DNA of 57,504 bases, from the NCBI GenBank assembly GCA_023231475.1, contig JALJEE010000436.1:1-57504 (forward strand), in the 5' to 3' direction. The position numbers were made by a program, and so were the translations under genes. The notes beneath the pieces were generated by a model. It did no database searches and was not told the DNA's origin. It was given only the letters and a program-made list of their open reading frames with translations. Within the stretch, counting starts at the first letter, position 1; each line of letters opens with the position of its first letter. The DNA is from Seison nebaliae (lineage: Eukaryota). Shown here in pieces: positions 47,548 to 57,504 of this stretch.

Positions 47548-50500
47548 ATGGAAAGATCGAAGAAATTCTTCTTCTCCCTTATATCCCTTCTCATTCTCAT
47601 CATCGTTTCTCTTCTCTCCTATCTCCTTCTCAAATCGTTGCCATTTGGCAGCAGCGATTACCGATATGACGAGAGTAGTCACTTGGAGTCAGTACATAAT
47701 CTATCCATGCTTCAGCAGGCACCGTTACGCTTTATTCCATTAAAGAAATTATTCTCCGATTATTCTCAATCAACTCTTCATCACACCAGAACGAAGGGAA
47801 TCAATTGGAAAGATGATAATCGAATAACTACAAGAATGTTCGTACAGAAGACGTTTGTTTATCAAATGCTTTCATTTCTTCCCTTCATCCCCTCGTCCAT
47901 CCGTCCGTCCATTCGTCCAGTTTTCCCTTTCAAAAAAAAAGAAACTATTTGTGTTAACTGTGTTTTCTGGGTAGGAGAATGTCGGTTGGACCACAAAATA
48001 CAATTAATCAACTTCTACATAACATTTCCATTAATCGTTGAGATATCCGGTTACTTGAATAATGGTGCCAGATGTCTCGAGAGAGAAAGAGATAGAGAGA
48101 TAGGAGAATGGAAATCATAAATAAAATCAACTATTAAAAAATGATGAATATCTTCAAATTATTCGGTCGGATGTTCGTTTGAGATACATCTTAACCTTTC
48201 CGCTCGTTTAAGTGCAGAGAAGTTGCTTCATCAATATTTCGTTTGAATGAGAGAAAGATTTTCTTCTCTAGAACAACATTTCCCCCCAGTTACCAATACT
48301 TGAGATATACCTCATCATTTCCAGTTGTTGGAAATTTCGGGATGTTTCGAGAGAGATAATGATGAGGGAGAGAAAGAGAGAGGGGATAAATAAATTCATA
48401 TTCTATCATTATCTTCATCGAGATCGATGTGTCCACAGGATAGATGCACAGGAATGAACGAGACACATTGAATGAAAGACGAAGTGGTAGTGTGAAGGAG
48501 GGCGAAGGAGACACATATGGAAGTGAGAGATAGATGATAAAGAATAGATTTATGATGAAGGAGAATAATCTTTTTTACTTGCATCAATCTTCATAAATAA
48601 TTCTCAAAAAAAATTAATAAGAATCGAACAGTAATTGGAAAGAATTGTGTGAAAATATCCATTCATAAATTCCTTCCCGATCGATCTTCAGATTGAGGAG
48701 GAGATGCAGATAATATGTTTCGGAAAGCGATTTATTTATTAGGCGAATAAATTCCTTTTGATTGATGACATAACTGATTCTCTCCTTCTCCTTTTTTCGA
48801 AAATTAATTTTCATTTTCTTTTAATTAAAAACTGTTTCCCTTTCACCATTTTCCCGACCTGTGCATCGATCCCCATGTCCAAATTTGTATACACATATTT
48901 GTGTCTGTGATTTTTGGGGAGCGGGGAGGAACAATCAATTAATTTCGCCTTAAAATGAATTGGATGAATGAAGGAGAAAGCCTTCAATATATCCCATATT
49001 TACATCGATATGTCTATCGACACCGATATCATTGATGTGATCATAATCATGACAGAACCATATTCATGTGTTCATCTAATCACTTATACGTGCGCACTCG
49101 TCTGTTAGTCGATTATGCAAAAATATTCATTTATTCTCTGATAATTAAAAGAATATCTTCTTCCTTCCGCTTCTATACCCATATTAGCTTATCATTATCA
49201 CTTAATGCAATCAATACAGTTCCCTTGACTACACCTGCCACTCTGTCGGTGAAGTTGGAAGGAAACGAAGAGGAAATAGTAAGGAAGAATAAGAGCAATG
49301 CACACTTCACTCTCCTCCACTTCCTGTCAACTAGATCTCCAAATGATTATTATAATCAACATTATTCCACCTTAAAACAATTTCATTACACCACCAATCA
49401 TACTTGGAATGAATCAGAAGAGAACAATAATGGTAATCTATCAGATAATAAAATTTTAATTAATTCATCCTATTTCATCGACTTCCAATTATCGGAACAT
49501 CATCAACAACTCGAAAATAATGAAACTACAAAATTATTATCTTCTCTCGATCACTCATTTTCGACCAGGTATCATATTGAAAATTCGACTGACAATTTCT
49601 CATCGTCATTGGAGGAGGTAGTGGAGGAGAATGTGGCAGGAGAAGTCAATAAAAATGACTCAGCATCGGATGATACGATGATAAACATCTCACAGTTTTC
49701 CAGCGAAATTGATGTAGATTATTTAACGAATATCCGATTATCTTCAACAATCTCTACTATTGATGGCCATCAATCTCCAATTTCTTCACATTATACTGCA
49801 CCAAACATTAGAGGAGAAGATAATATTTCTGCATCATCGTCTCCTCTCCTCACATATAACTCATCCTTAAGATCAACATTCCGTGAACATAATGAAACAA
49901 TTGAAAATGTACCAACCAACTTCACTTACTTTACACATTTCCAACAGACACATAATTCCTCCATTCCATCGTATGATAATGAAATAATATCATCATCATC
50001 GAAAAGATTATCTGTCACACCATCTTCAATTTATGTAGAATTAATGAAATCGACAATGAAATCACCTGTGACGGCATACGATGAACATGAAAACATTCTT
50101 ACTTCTATTCCCACGACAAGTGAATCGTTGACACATCATGAAAATTCGACAACTTTACCAAACACGTATGTTCGTACTACTATCGCTACTTCAACTCGAA
50201 TTATTCCTCGCACAAAGCCTAAATTAAATTTAACAATTTCCGATAATTCAGCCACTTCTCCCACATATTCTCCAACTAATCTCGCGGTTACGATAAGTGG
50301 CGACATATTGGAAAGTTTGATGACAAATACGATCAATTCGACACCTATCTCTTCCTCAATCTTCTCATTTCCTCCGTCAACTGATTTCTCTTATGAACTT
50401 CAATCCGCATCCTCCGTTTCCAAGTTACCATCAATTTCGAGTAAAATTGTCAATTCTCGTAATAAAACTTTATTCAGATCAACGACTGAATCATCCCACT

Positions 50501-51252
50501 TCTCTACTATTAGCAATTTGGAAGAAAGTTTTCTCGTCTATACGGAAAACTTACCGAAAACTGATGGTGAGGAAATTCCGTTAACATTTCGATTCTCCTC
50601 CATGAAACTTTACGATAATACTACAACTTTAATATCTGATACAACTCTATTAAATGCGATTAATGATATACCTTCAACAGAAACTGCACGACAAACAGAA
50701 GAGACTAGTGAAGAGAATGAAAGAACACTCATCGGACCTCTTTTAACAAAACCTATAAATTCAACAACCACCAAAAGAAGAAGCACAACAACAACAACTA
50801 ATATCATTACTTCTATAATTAATTCAAAGAATACAATTCCTATTGTACCATCGGTAGTAGAGGAAGTGCATTCGACGAACATTCCTCATCCTACACTACA
50901 TTCCACCGAATCTATACAATTCCCTTCCAATTACCCAACATTTGCATTTACTATTCCTTCCACTTCTATTACTCAATCTGACAGTGGAAGCTCCTTTGTC
51001 ACCACTTCTCCCAGTTCAATGTTACATACAACTACATCTGATACGACATCAACTGCTTCAAGCAAACTCAATGGACCAGTAAGTGACGACAGGAAAGATA
51101 TGGTCGTTCTTTGGAATAAGGACAATTTTCACGATTATATCACATCATTAAAATTGTGGAATAGCAAACTATTTCATTTTTTAAAGAAAAGAAATAGAAG
51201 AAAAGTTTCATTTTTCCTTCTAATTCCCTTTAACTTTATTTCTCTTCATTAA
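47548..51252 (+). CDS. type II membrane mucin-like protein (N-terminal TM, Ser/Thr-rich ectodomain)
   Basis: Exon 47548-47837 (MERSKK followed by a TM helix) splices in frame through GTTCGT..TAG (47838-49334) into the long S/T/N-rich ORF with many N-x-S/T sites. The 3' end may splice again at the GTTTCA near 51205. Confidence 0.6.
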
Positions 51253-51682
51253 CCTAAATCAACAGAGTCTCCTATTCAAACGTAAAAATAATACAATTCG
51301 CTTTTATGAACGAACATTATAACCTTTTATTGAAATTTTTTAATCCTTCATCAAAAATGTGTTCTAAATAAAAAAATGAATAGAATCAAATTTCTATTTT
51401 CTGAAATTTCATTTCCCCAGTTCAGAAGATAGTCAAAATTTTTGATGATGGCCAATAACTAGTCTTCGGCGAACGGCCATTTAATCATAAAGTGTATTTC
51501 AAATATTTTGAAAATACATTTTCAAATACAGTATTTGTTAAGAGACATGATCATAAACTACATAGGAAAGAAAGGAACCGCTAAAGATCAGTTCCCTGAA
51601 TTATTTCAAATCTAAGAACAGGACTGATTGTATTTCAAAAGAGATGAGATCTGATAAATGAGAGAGGTTCAGAGAATAACCT

Positions 51683-51814
51683 GGAAATTATGAAGCAGTT
51701 ATGGAGAAAAATTGAAAAGATTCATACGTAAAACCATGGAGGACTTACAAATTGACTTTTCGATAGTTGCTCGTTGACGTTTCATTGAAGAATATTTTAC
51801 GTTAAAAATTACCT
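51683..51814. repeat. about 130 bp direct repeat (other copy 53392-53523)
   Basis: ttcatacg..gacttacaaattgac..tttcgatagttgct.gttgacgtttcattga..ttttacgt is shared between the two sites. Confidence 0.85.
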
Positions 51815-52240
51815 TCAAATTACAACCACAAATTAACGTGGAAATTCCATAAAGAATTCCACCAATCCGCTAACCACTCATTATATCACATCCATATGGA
51901 AGTAAGCATATGGGTGAATAAATATTTCGAGGTTTGAAAGGTGCTCTTTCGACAGGAAATTATAAAAGTGTAGTTGGAAATGTGATAGGAATTTGGGAAG
52001 TCATTTATGTTCAACAAATAATAAAAAAGCATTTCATTTTCATTTATTCATCAAGAAAAGACAACAGACTAGGCGATTAATTGAGAGGAATTAGGAATAA
52101 TTATTAAAAAACAAATTGTGTGTTTGGACATATTGTGGGGAAAGGAAGAAGGAGAGAGGAGGAACGAAGAATGAAAACGAAAGGTAAAGTTTTTGATTTT
52201 GAAAATGAAGAAATCTAAAAAATAATTATCGAAAAAATCG

Positions 52241-55200
52241 TTAGAGTTCGGTAGAAATGGCGGGTCGAGGTATTTTTGATACAGGAATGCCGGAAGAGTT
52301 TCGTCGACTGTTCGACGAATTATTATTCGAATTTTTTATAACATGTTTCGGAATGCCTGTACGATATTGGATACAAGTGACTGAAGGCAATGAACTATCT
52401 TCAAGTTTGTTGGGTGTTATCGTTGTTATTATTCTCTCATCCATCATCTGCATTGTTGTTGTTGTTGTTGTTGATATTGTTGAACTGATAGAAGAGATTT
52501 TTATTTCGTCGATTTTCAATCGATTTTCATTTGTTTTTATTGAAAATTTTGATGGTATTTTCGTCGAACGATTTAATGAGTTTCCAGTAGGAATTGTACA
52601 TGTTGTTGTTGATGATGAAATATTTGATGGTGATGGAAGTGCGATATTCTTTCTAATATTTAGTACTGGTAAGCGTGTAGTCTGATCGGTGGAATTGACA
52701 GGTTTCGATTTAGTTTTGATGGAAATTATTGGAATTGCTGATGGAATATACATTCGATTATTCTCTTGATTATTTGTATCGATCGGAACGATTTCGTTCT
52801 TGACAAACATATCTTCATTCGTATTTGATTTCTCATGATTCTCGTTAAGTATACGCGTTTCCTTTATCTCATTCTCGATCATTTTTAAATTATTCATAAT
52901 CTCATTCTTCTCCTTCGTTGATGAACTGATTGTGTCTTCTCGTTCTTCTTCTGATGATGATGATGATGAAGAAGGGGATGATGATGAAGAAATCATTGAT
53001 TTGACTTCGATTATTACTTCATTTATATTCATTTCTTCTTTCTCCATCTTTTGATTATCATTAATAATTTGATTGTCAAGTTGATTGATTGGATTAATGA
53101 AATCTAAAATCGGTTCAATTACATTTTCTTCATTCATTTTCATCATTCTCTCTTCATTATCACATTCATCCATCAGGTCAATCGGACTAGTGGATTGGGC
53201 CATATCTGGTATAAATTTGTCCAATTCTTCTTCTGCTTCCTTCTCCATCATTCTATTCTGTTGCTGTTCATATAATTGATTAATTTCAAATTCTAAAAAA
53301 AAAGAAAAATGAAATAAATTAAAAATGTTCGTAGATGAGAGTGTTCAAATGAATAAATCAGAGAGTTTAAGAGAAGCAATAGAATTTAATTGGAATTATG
53401 AAGAAGCTCCGAAGGAAGATATGGAAATCATTCATACGTGAAACTAGGGACGACTTACAAATTGACGTTTCGATAGTTGCTTGTTGACGTTTCATTGAGA
53501 AATGTTTTACGTCGGAATTGCCTAATCTATTTTCCCTTTGGAATAAACTAACAAAAATCGAACCTTTATGTAATGGAATATCTTTCGTTTCCTCATCGAT
53601 CTCTTCATCGATCATCGTTTCCTGTAACTTCATCGTTTGTTCACTCACAATTGGAATGTTTCGTTCTGTTGTTTCCGATCCATTTTCATTAACCTCAAAA
53701 TTGTCTTCGTTTAATGAATAATTTTTATTAACTGGAATTATAATTTTATCAGATCTAATTTGATTTAGCTGTTGTTGTTGGACGTTGTTATTTGGAAGCA
53801 ATTTCGAATCTTCTTCATCAATTTTAGATAAACGATGAGAAATGTTCAATTGTGAATTAAACGTGATGGAATTGACTGATTGATTGTTGATATCGGTGGA
53901 GGGTGAAACGGTCGTTTGAGGAATCGGTTGCATAACAACAGGTAAAGATACTGCCGATGTTGTTACGATTGGATCGAGATTATGTCCCAACGGAAATGAA
54001 GCATCGATTGATGATTGTAATGTGCGACGAATAGAATTGGTTTCCCTCCTAGAGAAGCGCTTAGATGGGACGCGATCAAATGATGATGCCATTTGGGAAC
54101 GATTTCGTTGATCGAAATTTACAGTCTCACTTTCCGTTCTACCTTTGTAATGATGAGACGATTTAGTTCGAACGATATTTCTGACGAATGCCGAAATCGA
54201 TTGTCTTCGACTTCGACGTGCTGTACTTGGTAACTTATTCGGATTACTATTATTAGTGTTTGTGGAAGCTGATTGAAATTTGTGATTTTTTGATTGAGTT
54301 GAGCGATATCGTCCACGAATAAAACTTTGATTGTTATTTGCGGTGGTTGTTGGTTCATTGAAACGATCAGTTAATCTTCTCGATACATTTCGTTTTTTAT
54401 CGCCAAAAGCTGAAGTGGAGGATGTGGTCGGATTCTCAATAACTGGAGCGATAGCTAAACGATAAAATGAATGAAATTCAACACAACTCTTCCAAAGATG
54501 TTTACACGATTTCTCATCAACTGAACGAAAAATAAATTCGTATTCTTGTTGCTTCTTCGGAATCATAACATTCTTATTCATTTCATCATCCTCAACACAA
54601 CAAATGGTGAATTGTTGTTTCTTGAATTCGATTTTAACAATTTTCGACCAAGCGAACAATCCCAATTTCTCGTTATTCTGATAAATGAGCAAACCGTTCG
54701 GTGTCAATCCCAAATGATATGTGTTATTATCTTTAGCAATAACGGTATGCATATCGACTCCATACCAATCGAGATGGAAACATTTATCAATGAAATTCTT
54801 ATCACATTCGGACGGCACAAGATTCTTGAGTAATTTCCATTTTTTTATGATTTCTTCCGACAAATCCTCATTCATTCCGTCGTCGTTAAAGAAATCGTGA
54901 TCATTTATAAAACTTTTCGAAAACTCTTTAGCATCATAATCGCCGTGTTCAGTCTGTAGTAAAAGTGAAGCTATGTCAATCTTTTGTTCGTTATTCAAAC
55001 GTTTCTCATAAATCTCTTTTCTTAATTGGAGAACGAACAGATATTTAGTCATGTCATATTTCAATTGATTCTTCTTCGACGGGAAGAATTTCACTTTCAA
55101 CCGAAAACAATAAGGAGGTCCGATTGTACATTGCTTCTTTATCAGTTTCTCACGATCCAGCCAATGATGGATATTATACTCGTCCAAGTATTGTAAACCG

Positions 55201-55445
55201 AAATATTCTTTTTCCATAATGTCCAAATCATAAAACACTTTCATCAACAATTGCTCCCCGTTGCTACGACGGGAGATCTTGAACTGGATAACTTTATCAT
55301 CAAGATAAGTCACGCTACAAATAATTTCGTCGTTATTATACGAAATGGAAGGTGATGAGTTCTTATTAGATTTTTTATTCCGGCTATGTTGCGCAGGATT
55401 ATTTGAACCGCGACGACTTAACCATCGGAAAAATCTTGATGCCAT
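52241..55445 (-). CDS. EPB41L5: Yurt/EPB41L5 FERM protein, about 977 aa
   Basis: N-terminus RFFRWLSRR and FERM motifs (YFGLQY..HWLD..IKKQ..IGPPYCFRLKVKF, GVDMH, LGLTP, VEDD, CKHLWKSCVEFHSFYRL). Intron 53293-53563 (GTTCGA..TAG) joins the last exon in frame, which ends in the PDZ-binding motif -STEL. Confidence 0.88.
53392..53523. repeat. about 130 bp direct repeat inside the Yurt intron (other copy 51683-51814)
   Basis: Same alignment as the 51683-51814 copy. Confidence 0.85.
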
Positions 55446-55965
55446 TTCGTCTTCCTATTTTCTTTCACTTCTACTAAATACTTACTAATTAGATATTTTA
55501 AGAGTTCCGTCTCTATTCGCTTGTTTGTTTTTTACTATTAAAATGTGAATTCTTCTCTCTCCATTCTTTCCCATCAACAACAGTCATCAAGTTCTGAGAG
55601 AATCGTTCGATGTATGTGTATATGTATGTGATTCATCAGAAATTTATTATTATTTATTTTATTTTATTTACAAAGTAACCGATAACGAGATTCCGCATCT
55701 ATCCCCACCACTACCGATGGGTACAGTTCAATAATCAGTCTTCGATTTCCCCAAAAATCTTATCATTCAATTCCTTTAGCCATCACTTTCCCTCTACTTA
55801 ATTTTCAAGCTTCAAAAGTTCAATTAATATGTTTTATATCTGTTTCACTTTAATTACGCGGTCATTCAAATTTATACTATTTCCCATGTATCGTCTTTCA
55901 AAAATTATTACCAAAAACGAACTGACAATCATTAGAGAAGGTAAGGCATTGATCCATAAAAGCTC

Positions 55966-56765
55966 TTAAAAAGCTACAAATGTAACCTTTAAATGTAAAA
56001 CAAATTTAGTTTTTGGAACGAAATGAAAAATCTGAATATTTTGTTTCGAATATGATCTACCACGATATAAGAGAGATAACGGAGGTCGATGGTGGAAGCA
56101 TGGAGATGGGATATTGTAAAGTATAGTATTGACAGAAAAATTTTGCAGGACTGTTGAATTGTTCACACTCTGCATATGTCGGATGAGGAAAAGAAGATAT
56201 GTTAATATCGGAAACGAGTGACAAATACCTCTTAACGATTAACAATGGGAAAGAGGAGATGCCCATTAGACAGAATATAAATGCTCGATTGAAGGGACGT
56301 TTGCATCCGAGTAAGATGCGGCAGCACCGATTGTATGCTCTATCCATAGAGGTCATGGACTGTATGGAAAATGAGATAGATGCCTGAATTCCATAAAAAT
56401 CCGTGCAGAATGTACGAAATAGCTGGATTTTCAGTTCGATTGAAAATAGTTTACATCGATGGTGAAAGGAATAAAACGCTCGGATAAATTTCGATCTAAT
56501 TTTATCGATGGACGATGAAGATTTCAAACGATTATCGATTCTACATCCGAGGAAAATGAGATCATTATAAACTATTTCTCGAAGTTCAGAATATCGAGGT
56601 AAAATCGTTCGATTAGTTATGATTTTGGAACTTCCTGTTGTTACATTCAATTCCGCACTGGCTCATTCTTCTCACCACTACATCATAAACCATTTTCAGA
56701 TTTTTTGATGAGGTTGCGAGGATGACTATATCATCAGCTTATGCAAGAACTGCGGGATAATTATA
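55966..56765 (-). mobile_element. 5'-truncated dead non-LTR retrotransposon of the same clade
   Basis: Frame NYPAVLA*ADDIVILATS has the YADD Tyr codon changed to TAA. It is followed by FLG..D and a C-terminal domain homologous to 3442-3903 and 35446-36100. Confidence 0.85.
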
Positions 56766-57180
56766 GTTTTCCATAGAATGAAGAATGAAGAATGATAGAA
56801 CAATTATTATGAAGAAGAATAAAAATTAAATAACCATTAAATAAACTAATTTTTTTCTTTAACTTCCAATTTATTCCAACGGGAATTGTTTTAAATACAT
56901 AATTTTTTTTAATAAAATACAAAAGGTTTAATATTTAATTAAATAACAAAATAAAATAAAAGTTTAAACTATAGTTTAAACTTTTATTGAAAAGTTTTAA
57001 CAAATTTTTATTTTTAAAAAAACTAAAAACCTAAAACCAAATGTTAAGACTTTCATTTGAATAAAAGTTATGCATTTTTCCAAATAATGTTAAGTGTTTT
57101 AGAGAAATACGCATAAAGGTAAATAACACGTTTTATTGAATTCCTTTAATTTTGTTAAATCTTAAATCTAAAATCTTCTT

Positions 57181-57504
57181 CCTAATACGGGTCGAACTTC
57201 GAACGAAACGATCGGAACAAGTTTCAAAGTAACTTCTGACGGGAAAGACTGCATATGTCAAATAATTTCTAACCGTGAACTATGTAATAAGTTAATTAAA
57301 GGTGCAAGTGTTAGTCATATGGGACAACACTTGAAAGTTGGACATCTTAATTTTCAACCGTAAGAAATGGTTCTCATTCCAAAGGATTCGGAGAAGCACC
57401 TAAAATTGATCGAATTATTAACTAAATTTTTAGTTAAGAAAACTACGAGTTAGGCATTTATAGTTTTCAATAATTTGTTTGGTGTTCCTCTAGGCTATCG
57501 ATTA
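57181..57504 (+). mobile_element. hAT-like transposase pseudogene N-terminus (BED zinc finger), running off the window
   Basis: Frame PNTGRTSNETIGTSFKVTSDGKDCICQIISNRELCNKLIKGASVSHMGQHLKVGH (C..C...HL..xH) is followed by in-frame stops. Confidence 0.55.

Noticed and set aside
51491..51540. GTATTTCAAATA / AAATAC inverted motifs resembling a MITE end
   Set aside because: No matching second terminus or TSD was found.
1..57504. tRNA, rRNA, snRNA, spliced-leader RNA, CRISPR or prokaryotic systems; alternative genetic code
   Set aside because: No such motifs were seen by eye. The DNA is intron-containing animal sequence and conserved genes translate with the standard code.

Overview
AT-rich animal genomic DNA with many very short (about 41-68 nt) spliceosomal introns and the standard genetic code. 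It resembles compact spiralian genomes, but the species cannot be fixed from this window. Most real genes had to be rebuilt by manual splicing. Recognisable genes: URI1-like prefoldin, a plasma-membrane Na+/H+ exchanger (SLC9A/NHE), a two-domain small heat-shock protein, an intronless 10.2 kb Flamingo/CELSR, Mint/X11 (APBA/lin-10) and Yurt/EPB41L5. There are also a type II mucin-like protein, several orphans, three decayed copies of one non-LTR retrotransposon clade and a hAT-like BED-finger remnant. Two observations stand out. (1) A tandem pair of three-exon genes absent from the ORF track (1842-2231 and 4612-5056, minus strand) encodes precursors with signal peptide, acidic propiece and cationic amphipathic helix, which look like an undescribed antimicrobial peptide family. 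(2) About 26 of 27 reconstructed introns start with GTT rather than the usual GTA/GTG, hinting at altered 5' splice-site recognition.
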